DNA from: Dendrobates tinctorius | Lineage: Eukaryota | Length of the DNA stretch: 64,000 bases | Reading direction: 5' to 3' | NCBI RefSeq assembly: GCF_039654945.1 | Contig: NW_027361688.1 | Coordinates: 2,852,001 to 2,916,000 of the forward strand | Shown here: positions 24,701 through 35,400 of the stretch, one piece after another | Numbering within the stretch: position 1 is the stretch's first letter | Layout of the letters: each line of letters opens with the position of its first letter | The notes under the pieces: model-generated | What the model was told of the DNA's origin: nothing | Database searches by the model: none | What the model saw: only the letters and a program-made list of their open reading frames with translations | Position numbers and translations under genes: made by a program

Positions 24701-27654
24701 GGCAAATAACGAGTTCGCCCGCAGACGGTCAAAGACCCTGCAGACGTCTCTCCGGTGGGTGGTCAAATCTGGCGAAAAGATGAGTATGTCATCCAGATAG
24801 ACCACCACCGAGGTAGAGAGCATGTCGCGGAAGACGTCGTTGACAAAATCTTGGAAGACAGCTGGGGCATTACAAAGGCCAAAGGGCATAACCAGGTATT
24901 CGTAATGGCCATCCCTGGTATTAAAAGCTGTCTTCCATTCGTCTCCTTCGCGAATGCGGATCAGGTTATATGCACCCCGCAGATCTAGTTTAGTAAAGAT
25001 CCGGGCCCCCCGCAACCTGTCAAATAACTCCGAGATCAACGGTAGGGGGTATTTGTTTTTAACCGTGATAGCATTGAGACCTCGGTAGTCGATGCAGGGG
25101 CGTAGCTCTCCGTTCTTCTTCTGTACGAAGAAGAATCCGGCACCAGCCGGTGACACCGATTTTCTGAAGAAACCCCTAGCCAGGTTCTCCCGGATATACT
25201 GGGACATAGCCTCCGTCTCAGGGAGTGATAAAGGGTAAACACAGCCTCGGGGAGGCTCTGTGCCTGGCAGGAGATCAATCGGGCAATCATAGGAACGGTG
25301 CGGTGGGAGCGTCTCCGCAGACTTCTTAGAGAAGACGTCCGCGTAATGGTGGTAGGGTTTGGGGAGCGAGGAGAGATCCGCAGGCACTTCTGTGGAAGCC
25401 ACCTGAACGCTGCCCCTCAGGCACCTTCCCTCACAGTCCTTGCCCCAGCCCAGTATCCTCCCTGAAGCCCAGTCAATATGCGGGGAGTGGTAACGAAGCC
25501 AGGGAACTCCGAGGAGCACCTGATCGATGCCATTGGGCATAATTAGCAGGGACAGAGTCTCCCGATGTGAGGGTGAAATAGAGAGTCCGAGTGGGGCTGT
25601 CTGATGGGTCACCTGAGATGGTAACGGTGCCCCATTTACCACCCTGATGGTCAGAGGTTGGGGGAGTATCACCAGAGGGATAGCGTGTCTCTGGGCAAAA
25701 GTCGAGGACATAAAGTTCCCCTCGGCCCCGGAATCCAGGGTGACCTCTGCCTCCCAGGAGGAGGACCCACTATCTAATGTACCCTGGAACACCGGTTTGG
25801 GTGAAAAGGGTCCCACCTTGGATTGACCACCACCTACGGCCACTGAACGTGGTCGTCTTTTCGGCCGCTGAGGGCATGTGCCAGCCGAGTGGCCCAACTG
25901 TCGGCACTGATAACAGCGCACAGAGGTTCGCATCGGACGCAACTTAGTGCCGGTGCGAGACACCTCCATAGGCTCAGAGGAGAGGTGCTCCTGTGCGGGA
26001 AATTTCAGCGGCTCAGTAAAGGTGGGAGCCAAATTAACCCTACGTTTGGATTGCGCTCGTTCCAACCCGCGCTCCGTGTAGCGGAGATCAATGCGGGTGG
26101 AAACGGCGATCAACTCCTCCAAACTGGTGGGAATCTCCCTAGTAGCTAGAGCATCTTTTACGTGCTCAGCCAGGCCTCTCCAAAACACCGGGACCAACAC
26201 TTTGTCCGGCCACTCTAACTCGGAAGCCAGTGTCTGAAACTGGACAGCATGATGGCTAACCGAAAGTGACCCTTGTGTTAAAGATAACAGTTGGAGAGCC
26301 GTATCGTGGGTGACCCGTGGTCCCAAGAAGACTTGCTTCAGAGCCGCGAGGAACTGAGCAGCCCCCTGTACCACGGGATCACCACGTTCCCACAATGGCG
26401 TGGCCCACTGTAATGCCCGGCCAGACAACAGAGAGACAATAAATCCCACCTTAGCCCGCTCCGTAGGGAACCGTGCAGCCAGCAACTCCAGCTGGATGGA
26501 GCACTGACTAACGAATCCCCTACAGGAGGCACTATCACCCGAAAACTTATCGGGGAGCGGGAGGCGAGACATTGTCGGCAGGGGCAAAAGTGTGGGCGCA
26601 CGTGAGACAGCCTCAGCGACTGTCTGAGCAGCAGCTAGCGCAGCATTCGCAGCTGAGATGGTGCTCTCAATAGCCGTCAACCTGCTCTCCAGCTGCCGAA
26701 TGTAGCGCTGCAGCTGCTGCACGTCTGCCATTGCCAGCCAGACCCGGGCGCTAGTGTAATGTTAGGGTCGGCGGAACGCACCAGATATAAATAATGGAAG
26801 GCGCGTTCGCCGCCCGGGGTCCACCGTGCGGTAGATGACAAGACCGCTGCTGGACAATGGCAGATACGCTAGAAGTGCGATACAGCGCTCGGGTTAACGT
26901 CACCCGAGAGCCTGAGAGCGGACTCTGTTTAGTCACAGAGACGCCAAAGTATGAACTAGACGTAAAGGCTGAACCTGTTAGCTGCACAGGTCAGCCGGCG
27001 TGTGGCGTCGCAGCCGCGAACACCAAAAGCTGCTACTACTGCAACGCGGCCGTAACTGAAGCCGCTAAGCGACGATGCCGGAGGAGCCAGGCACCGACGG
27101 ACGCTAGTGTAGGTGAGGAAGGCTCAGTGGCGTGTAGCCTGCCACAATCTGGAGCTGACTAACCCAACATACTGTCACCATTCGTAATATCCGAGGGAAG
27201 GGGTTTCATAATAAGTCAGACACCAGTCCATGCATCCATCACCATACACACACAGCATAATATGCTACACTAGCGCATGGCCGAGCCACCATGCAGGCTT
27301 TTTATAGCCATGCGCTTCCGGGACCTTCCAGTACTATAGGAAGGACCAATCAGATCCGACATAGGACCTTCACATGTGACCCCTGCTCTCCACTGAGAGG
27401 ACAAGTTGCGGGCATGCCCAGTCGCACGGCGCGAGGACTTAGCCTCTAGAGCAGTTCCCTGCAAAGCAGGTTGCGTTATCATTGCTGCACCAGAAGTGGC
27501 AGCAACATCCAGGCTCACAGAACAAGTCTGCGGGGAATGCCTGGTTCGCCGAGATTGCTGAGCAGGAGTCCGAGCGGTCAGAGGAGAATGGGAGACCGCA
27601 GGATGTCTGGCTCTGGATTCCTGGTGTGCAGTGCCAGGAATCCGACGCCTCACA
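21705..27654 (-). mobile_element. Full-length Ty3/Gypsy chromovirus (Tf1/sushi lineage) LTR retrotransposon
   Basis: 895-bp LTRs at 26760-27654 (5') and 21705-22599 (3'), differing at about 8 positions by eye. 5-bp TSD ACTAC. PPT (AGGAGGGGGGGTAA on minus) at 22600-22613. Intact ORF inside. Confidence 0.97.
22460..26731 (-). CDS. Gag-Pol polyprotein, 1423 aa (gag, CCHC knuckle, protease, RT, RNase H, integrase, chromodomain)
   Basis: PEG10/RTL1-like gag (LPDKFSGD..CRGFVSQC). CYQCRQLGHSAGTC zinc knuckle. LDSGA protease. RT LRPCIDYRGLN..MPFGLCNAP..YLDD. RNase H VDAS..RELLA..TDHKNL..ADALSR. Integrase HHCC and DDE. Chromodomain FEVNAIV..YLVDWKGHGPEARTWEP. Confidence 0.97.
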   Translation of the reverse strand: MADVQQLQRYIRQLESRLTAIESTISAANAALAAAQTVAEAVSRAPTLLPLPTMSRLPLPDKFSGDSASCRGFVSQCSIQLELLAARFPTERAKVGFIVSLLSGRALQWATPLWERGDPVVQGAAQFLAALKQVFLGPRVTHDTALQLLSLTQGSLSVSHHAVQFQTLASELEWPDKVLVPVFWRGLAEHVKDALATREIPTSLEELIAVSTRIDLRYTERGLERAQSKRRVNLAPTFTEPLKFPAQEHLSSEPMEVSRTGTKLRPMRTSVRCYQCRQLGHSAGTCPQRPKRRPRSVAVGGGQSKVGPFSPKPVFQGTLDSGSSSWEAEVTLDSGAEGNFMSSTFAQRHAIPLVILPQPLTIRVVNGAPLPSQVTHQTAPLGLSISPSHRETLSLLIMPNGIDQVLLGVPWLRYHSPHIDWASGRILGWGKDCEGRCLRGSVQVASTEVPADLSSLPKPYHHYADVFSKKSAETLPPHRSYDCPIDLLPGTEPPRGCVYPLSLPETEAMSQYIRENLARGFFRKSVSPAGAGFFFVQKKNGELRPCIDYRGLNAITVKNKYPLPLISELFDRLRGARIFTKLDLRGAYNLIRIREGDEWKTAFNTRDGHYEYLVMPFGLCNAPAVFQDFVNDVFRDMLSTSVVVYLDDILIFSPDLTTHRRDVCRVFDRLRANSLFAKLEKCQFEQESLPFLGYIISAQGLAMDPAKLQAVMDWQEPHSLKAVQRFLGFVNYYRQFIPHFSTLVAPLVALTKKGANPNAWSEHVSKAFSAIKSHFAGAPILHRPDVDKPFILEVDASSVGAGAVLYQKDAQGRKHPCFFYSKTFSPAEKNYSIGDRELLAMKLAFSEWRHLLEGARFPFLVYTDHKNLVYLQTAQRLNSRQARWSLFFSRFRFTLHYLSGEKNVRADALSRSVVSVEEGEAEPRLILPPESFTTVAPVALESVPPGKTLVPPQLRPEVLAWAHASRVGGHFGKKRTAELLARSYWWPHMARDVKEYVQACVSCARNRPSRQRPAGLLFPLPVADRPWEMVGMDFIVGLPKSGGSTVIWVVTDHFSKMVHLVPLARLPSARGLGTLFIKHVFRLHGMPDKIVSDRGPQFASRFWRELCSLLSIELNLSSAYHPETNGLVERANQTLVTYLRHFVSARQDDWASLLPWAEFALNNAVADSTGQTPFLLNYGQHPRVPVPMPVSSTDSRVADWAVEARDIWDRTQDAIRASKERMRASADMHRRPAPSFSPGDMVWLSTRNIKLRVESPKFAPRYIGPFKVLERLSSVVYRLALPPHLAISDVFHVSLLKPVHMVRFSESSAGSSDLSSDEFEVNAIVGRRFVRGKKFYLVDWKGHGPEARTWEPVENIHAPLLIAAFERSEAQALGGGVMLGVGFLALHSRNPEPDILRSPILLRPLGLLLSNLGEPGIPRRLVL

Positions 27655-29429
27655 ACTACTATGCAAATAAAAAAAGAAATCAGCAGCTCTCAGGGCCGTA
27701 AGCAAACAATGTACAGAGGAGGAACAGATCAGCTGAGTACACCGTGTAGTGGGTGAATAGGAGAGAAGAGTAGAAGAGCTGCAGTATCCAAAAACACCCA
27801 CTCGACAGTGGATGGTGCTATGATATCCCTGCACCATACACTCCGTCCAAACACCGGTGGACCTGAAAATAGCTAAAAGGTTGTGATCTGATATCTATGA
27901 CCTATCATCATCAATATCGATAGTGGTGATTACAGTTAAATTATGCAAATTAGCTAAACTATTGTAATATTTGCATATTGTGTTGCAATTAACGTTCTAA
28001 TTTTCATATGCACTGTTTGGCCCAAATAAGGATGGTATATATAGATGATAAATGAGTAAACTAAACATCATCACTTGACGTGGTGAAATTCTTCTGATTC
28101 CGGTGACTACTTTAGTCACCTCCTCTTACGGGCCGCCAAGGTGCCTGCTCTGCTCTTTCCCATCCAATTGCCCCACTTTCTCCACACCGCCTCACTTCTG
28201 GCTTGCTACGCCCGTTTCATATTGTCCAGCTCCCTTCTGCTGCTCTTTGAGGACTGTGAGTCCAATTATATTGCAGCTTCCATGCCACCTGATATAAGGG
28301 GAAGGCTAATAGTGGGCAACCAGGTAAGTGGTTGGGGCTAATGGGAATTCCTCTCTTCTACTCACTGGTGGCTGGAAATAGAAGCTGCAGACTGCTGCCT
28401 GAGGTGAGATGCTCATCTTGCCTAATGGAAGATGCAGTCATGCTCGGCTCTCCAGCTGAGGTCCTGAGAGTTCACTGCATAGCATCAGGACACATCCTAA
28501 CTGAGCCCAACTTACACAGGTTACGCAGCCTCTATACAGTGAAGAAAATTGCATCTATAGATATGCCAGCAAGTCATGTTCAGGGTTAGAGTTAGGGTTA
28601 GGGTTGGGGTTAGGGTTATACACTTGACAGCATGGGCAACATCTCGGTCCTCCTGGACCTGTTAGGAGAAGTGTGGTGGTTGCTCAGTGGAGAGGTTCCC
28701 AGTACACTCAATGCGAATGTGTCTCTCCAGACCACACAACATAATAACGTAGAGTGTAAAAAAATAAAGACGCTTATTACTCATACCTCAACCACCCTCA
28801 TCTTCTCACTAATTCAGCTAGTTTTCATTCACACACCACGGCTCTTTGATGCGCCGTGTGTCCCGTCAAACTCACAATATCATGACGCCTGTAGGACACA
28901 CAAGGCATTGTAAGCGTTGGGTCATGTGGTCGAAAGGCGAGGGCTAGGAGAGTTGAGTACTAATATTTTTACATTTTATTTATTACGCTACAATTGATTT
29001 GCAGAACAAATTTCTTGGCCTAATTTGAGCAAATTGACAAAATTGAAATTTGGAAACATCCAGCTACCTGAAGCTTCTTCTGCCAGGTGAGGACGTTCTG
29101 GTGGCTCAGCCTCCGGTTGTCTACGAAGCTTTTATCGCATTAGTATTTGATGTGATTTATTCCCCGGTTTCAGGAAGGAACGGCGCTCCATCACGCTACG
29201 TGCTCCCTCCAAATTTTCATTTTGACTCACCAACATATTGGTTTAAATAAAGATAACGTCACTTTATTGCTTTCCTTCTGGTAGGCCGTACAGTAAATTT
29301 CCCGCAGTCATGTATTTTAGCTTTAGTGGTTTCTTTATTACATTTGCACCATTCAGATACTTTCTTGTCCTTCATGTAGATAAGTCGGAGAATATTTTTA
29401 TGGCCTCGGCACCGCCAAATAGAGGTGTT

Positions 29430-32400
29430 TTAGTATTCTTCATGGAATGGAAATTTGGGGTGATCCTTCCACCTGCAAAATCAGAAAGAATAAAGTTACA
29501 CACCAAGCATACACATCTCGTGACATTGTGTTGCAAAATCATTTTTTTATGTTTCCAAGCTGATAATCTTGCGCCATAGATTTAATAATATGTCGAACCG
29601 AGAGCAAAAATAAGGGAAGAGAAATCTGGATTCGCCAGCCAGATTTTTTTCCACTTTCTTCATTATGTAAGATATCTGGCAGAAACCTTATACTTCTCAC
29701 AGTCACAAAAGATGTTCTCATTCCTGCAGAAGATCTGGGTGGAGGAACGCCAAAAACGTCCTCTCCGCGTCCCTTCTTTACCCCCGTCGCCCTACTTTCT
29801 CTTAGACCAATCCAGGTGATCTATGGCGGTAATATTTAGGCTGTCCTCCACTTACTTGTGATCCACATAGCGTCTGTTCTGGTTCAGTTCATTCAGAGGT
29901 TTCATTTCCTCCTCGCTCAACTGGAATTTAAAAACCTAAAATTGCAATCACCAAAGACAGAAGTCAACTTTTCCGAATGCAAAAAGGACGATTGAAAGGT
30001 CACAATTCTCGAAATATGGCAAGAAACTAAATTTGTCAAATCTATCATTTTATGTAGACAGCTCCCATGCAGAGTTATGTGCGTTACATGGCTACAAATC
30101 ACAAACCCTGTGTAAATTATCAAGAAAATAGATTAGAGCAGGGTATGCTAATGGCACGGAGACACACCGCTACAGTGCACAGCTCCACGGCTCTTGTTGA
30201 CGGCTGTATGTACGTCTGGGTCATTGTGACCTCGATGTGGTCTGAACCTAATCATCTTTTTGAGAATTTGAATGGAAACTAGACCCCACAAAACAACTTT
30301 ATACGGCTCAGTTTTGTAGTGATGTCGAGGAATTCTTCGGCAGATAACGATTTAAAGTGTAACCGTCGTTTTAATCTTTATTTTGTAAATCCATTATACA
30401 TATGAAAATAAGAAACTTTGTCATATATTTTATCAGGGAAATCTGTTTCTATCTTTCTGCTCCTGGACTAATCTTTCATTCTCAATTCAGGAATAAAATC
30501 TGTATTCAGTGGAGACAGGAGATAGGAGATGATGTTTGGTGCTTGTAAAATTTTATGTAGAGGGGAGGAGCTTAAGGCGGACACAGGGACACAGACATTC
30601 TAGGAAGCAGGCTAGAGGCAGATACCAACATTCTAGGGAGGAGCTGGAGGCTGACACAGACATTCTAAGGAGGAGATAGAGGCAGACATAGACATTCTAG
30701 GGAGGAGCAAGAGGAGGACATAGACATTCTAGGGAGGAGCTAGAGGCAGATACAGACATTCTAAGGAGGAGATAGAGGCAGACAGACATTCTAGGGAGGA
30801 GCTAGAGGCAGACACAGACATTCTAGGGAGGAGCTAGAGGAACACACATACATTCTAGAGAGGAGCTAGAGGAACACACATACATTCTAGAGAGGAGCTA
30901 GAGGAACACACATACATTCTAGAGAGGAGCAAGAGGAGGACACAGACATTCTAGGGAGGAGATAGAGGCAGACAGACATTCTAAGGAGGAGGTAGAGGCA
31001 GACACAGACATTCTAGTGAGGAGCTGGAGGCAGACACAGACATTCTAGGGAGGAGCTAGAGGCTGACAGACATTCTAGGGAGGAGCCAACATCACGAAAC
31101 AATCACTGACCTCAGGGAGACCAGTCAAAGAAAACACTGCAGAAGCCGGCAAAGGCGCTCAATCAGTGAAATCCTAGGTACATTGCTCCTTGGGAAATAC
31201 GAATATGCAAATAAAGTCCATGGAGCCTCACTTAAGAGTCTCAAACACGGGACTAGCCAGATCTTTCTCCAGGGAAGGACCCAGCCAAGGAGTGGCTCCT
31301 TTCGGAAACCACCATTACCACCATATTAAGTGGCCCTTTGAGTCAATATCCAGCTCTTTACGAGTTTACAGATATGACAAGGGAAATACCAAGGCCAGGT
31401 ATCCATCCACAGACAGCTGTTTCGGGGGTGTTGCCCCTCATCAGTGTGGAGTAGGATTCTGGCTAGGTGGGAGCAATGCCTAGTAGACCAACACCACGAA
31501 ACAAATCACTGACCTCAGGGAGACCAGTCAAAGAAAACACTGCGGCAGCCGGCAAAGGCGCTCAATCAGTGAAATCCTAGGTGCATTGCTCCCTGGGAAA
31601 TACGAATCCTACTCCACACTGATGAGGGGCAACACCCCGAAACAGCTGTCTGTGGATGGATACCTGGCCTTGGTATTTCCCTTGTCATATCTGTAAACTT
31701 GTAAAGAGCTGGATATTGACTCAAAGGGCCACTTAATATGGTGGTAATGGTGGTTTCCGAAAGGAGCCACTCCTTGGCTGGGTCCTTCCCTGGAGGAAGA
31801 TCTGGCTAGTTCCATGTTTGAGACTCTTAAATGAGGCTCCACGGACTTTATTTGCATATTCGTATTTCCCAGGGAGCAATGCACCTAGGATTTCACTGAT
31901 TGAGCGCCTTTGCCGGCTGCCGCAGTGTTTTCTTTGACTGGTCTCCCTGAGGTCAGTGATTGTTTTGTGATGTTGGTCTACTAGGCATTGCTCCCACCTA
32001 GCCAGAATCCTACTCCACACTGATGAGGGGCAACACCATGAAACAGCTGTCTGTGGATAGATACCTGGCCTTGGTATTTCCCTTGTCATATCTGTAAACT
32101 CGTAAAGAGCTGGATATTGACTCAAAGGGCCGCTTAATATGGTGGTAATGGTGGTTTCCGAAAGGAGCCACTCCTTGGCTGGGTCCTTCCCTGGAGAAAG
32201 ATCTGGCTAGTCCCGTGTTTGAGACTCTTAAATGAGGCTCCACGGACTTTATTTGCATATTCTAGGGAGGAGCTAGAGGAACACAAAGACATTCTAGGGA
32301 GGAGAAAGAGGAGGACATATACATTGTAGGGAGGAGCTAGAAGCAGACAGACATTCTAGGGAGGAGCTAGAGGAAGACACAGACATTCTAGGGAGAAGCT

Positions 32401-35400
32401 AGAGGAAGACACAGAGATTCTAGTGAGGAGTTAGAGGCAGACACAGACATTCTAGGGAGGAGTTAGAGGCAGGCACAGACATTCTAGGGAGGAGCTGGAG
32501 ACAGACAGACATTCTAGGGAGGAGCTAGAGGCACATACAGACATTCTAGGGAGGAGCTAGAGGCACATACAGACATTCTAGGGAGGAGCTAGAGGCAGAT
32601 ACAGACATTCTAGGGATGAGCTAGAGGAAGACAGACATTCTAGGGAGGAGCTAGAAGAACACAGAGACATTCTAGGGAGGAGTTAGAGACAGACAGACAT
32701 TCTAGGCAGGGGCTAGAGGCAGACACAGACATTCTAGAGAAGAGCTAGACGAAGACACATGTATTCAATTTCCACTGAAACGATAGATACACTTCTTCAT
32801 AGAACTTTATCAGCACCAACTGTCAACTCTGATCTCAGTAATGGGAATAACTGTAATTCACTAAAGAAAGATTAAACCTGAGAATTGAGAATTTTGATAA
32901 TGAAAGATCAGTCCAGATCATACTGTTCATTTCTGAAAAAAAATAATTTACTCTTTAAGAAATAGATTCCTCTTGTAAAATAAAAACGCCTTGTACTCAT
33001 CTCCCGAAGTGGTGAAGTTCCAGCGATGTCATTTAAGCCCTGCAAGCAGCCCAATAGCGGCCTATGAATGGTCTCAGGGTTCACGAGACAATGTCATGTG
33101 AGTTCTGATATTGCTCTGTGGGAGGTGGGAAAATGGTATTATTATTTTGTATGGGGGATTACATTTAAAAAGGAATTATCCACATAGTGGACAACCCCTT
33201 TAACTGCGAATATCTCAGGCTGGGTAGAGAACATTGTAAAACCCTTGGTGAGGCGCACGCTTGGTTTTAGCTAGGATACCATGAACATTTTCTGCAAACT
33301 CACAGCCCTGCATCCACTCCCTGAGGACACAATATTCGCCAACATGAGATTGTGCTTGCTGTATGCCAATACTTCCTTTAAAAAAAATAATCAGGTCACA
33401 GAGCAGAGCACATCCAGCAACTAATAAGGTCTGTGTGCCATCATAATTACTTCTCCTTTTGGGAAAAAAATTTATATGGGCATCATCATGGCAGCAAAAT
33501 GTTTCCACGATATGCCAACTGGTTTATGGCTAAACTAGAGGAGGACATTTTATCATATTTCAAGTATCTCCAGAACAACCACAACTCTCATATAAACAGC
33601 CACTGAACGTAAGTAATCTCCTTGTCAGACACGTCCTCTCATCACCATCAGAGCCGGGCACATTCCCCTGTAAAAGTAAAAAATTCAGGACTTGTACCCA
33701 TATTTTATCAACAATCACAGTCCACACACCCAACACAAGACTATAAGATCCTTCTCATATACATCCTCCAATGTGGTGTACATGATACAGTGTACAAGGT
33801 GACCCCTGAAGAAGCCTATACTGGCGAAACTAAACAAAAACTACAAATGAGGAGGAATCGTTAAGGAATTAGTTGGACACATCTGATTGATGTTTTCAAA
33901 ACCCATGGGTCAAGTATTGAGAAACAAACAAACCATACATGCCGTAAACTAAAACATGTGAATAATATGGGTCCTGTCTTTTATTGGACGTTCAACCTTG
34001 AAGAGTCTTACAGTACAGAAGGGTGTGGAGAATTTCCAAGGAAAACGGAAAAAACTTCAAATATTCAGAGGAGGAGACTTGGGGCAAACAAGTCCATATA
34101 GTGGATCCGTCATCTGAGAATGGTCACTTTCTTTTTGTGTTGGGTACCATTTTGGTTGACCGATAGGGTTGTTTTTGATGGTGGAAAAGCTTATGTATGA
34201 ACACAAAGATGGAGACATGTTGCAGTAAACCATCTTCACTGGACCACCTTCTAACTTCTCAAGATTCTGACTCTCTTACCTCAAGATTCTGCTTGATCCT
34301 TTCAGGATTAAAACTCTTAGCAAGAACTACAATCCCTCTCTGCAGCAAGTGTCTCATTGCCACCTGGGCAGGAGTTCGGCCATGTTTTTTCGCAATTGCA
34401 TTGAGCACAGGGTCCTCCAGCAGGAATGGAGCAGTCTGGTCAATCCTGAAAGAGTGAAGTTACAACAAAGACAATCGTAGACAGCAGGCTAAATTAAGGA
34501 GGCTACACTAAAGGCGACACGGTGCCTTCTGGTTCCGCTTTGGTATGAAGCCAAGGATTGGAGAAAAAGGCTACAAGTTTTTGGTCAGCAGTCATAAATG
34601 TGACTATGGATTGATCAATTCTCAGAGATTATTTCCTTCAAGAAGGTGATATGTCACTTCTTACCAGTTCACATCACGAGTCGAGCCCAGCACCCCGAAT
34701 GCCACAAGGACTATGTTGTGCGACTTGCAGAACTCCAGGAGCTTAGACTGATTCATGTAGATGTGACACTCAACCTGAAAATGGACAAAACGTCTCTCAT
34801 GTGTGGGGAGGCACAGGGTAGAGATCCAGGAGAGACAGAATATTTCTACATTACCTGGTTGCACACAGGTTTGTATCTCAGTCCCGGCATATTAAGAATA
34901 AGTTCCAGTTGCTTGTGGTTGAAGTTGGAGACGCCTATAGATCTGACCAGTCCGGATTGCTTACAATCCTCCATAGCCTAAAAGTAAAAAAAAAAATAAT
35001 GTGTCGCCCATTGCTGAATTATAAAAGGAGTGAGGGATTGAAAATTCCAAATTGTCTATACAGCCCCTATACAAACCAATCTGTCTCCATGGCAACAGAC
35101 TACAAACACATTTTGTGTAGTCGGATCACATTTCCCTTTGTCTGTTCTTACGTCTGGCTACCATACATTCATTAGACTTAAATGACGTTAGATTGGAAGA
35201 GATGGAAGAGAACTTGACTGTACGATCAGATCAGAAAGGGTTGGTGTTATGTTACCATGGAAACACATGGGCATGTAAAGGAGCTGTATGCACAAAACGG
35301 TACAAGATTTTTAATGAAGGATGGTTACAAAATTTCTTCATTTTTCATTTAAGATGCCTTGGAACAGAAGGAAAAGGAATGTAAAGTTGAGAATAGACTT

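Larger units (their letters stand above)
31086..32262. mobile_element. Non-coding retrozyme / Penelope-type insertion: ~2.9 tandem copies of a ~401-nt hammerhead-containing unit with an internal inversion
   Basis: 31086-31607 and 31604-32262 are opposite-orientation copies of the same ~401-403-nt periodic unit. Each unit has a hammerhead core. Confidence 0.85.
30590..32760. repeat. ~30-32-bp minisatellite (AGACATTCTAGGGAGGAGCTAGAGGCAGACAC), interrupted at 31086-32262
   Basis: Tandem units visible at 30590-31085 and 32259-32760. Confidence 0.93.
30356..32954. mobile_element. TTAA-type MITE containing an expanded minisatellite and the ribozyme insertion
   Basis: TTAA|AGTGTAA ... TTACTCT|TTAA. 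Internal inverted match CTGGACTAATCTTTCATT (~30463) vs AATGAAAGATCAGTCCAG (~32899). Confidence 0.65.

Noticed and set aside
21802-27701. Duplicated short ORFs (101 aa and others) at 21802 and 26857, and similar pairs at 2229-3470 / 5439-6765
   Set aside because: They recur only because they lie in paired LTRs. No recognisable domains.
28583-28618. (TTAGGG)-like run
   Set aside because: Only ~6 imperfect units. Too short to call an interstitial telomere or fusion site.
29856-29935. Gene B exon 8 is shorter (80 vs 83 nt), suggesting pseudogenisation
   Set aside because: The difference is one whole codon. Phase is preserved and exon 9 reads to the normal stop.
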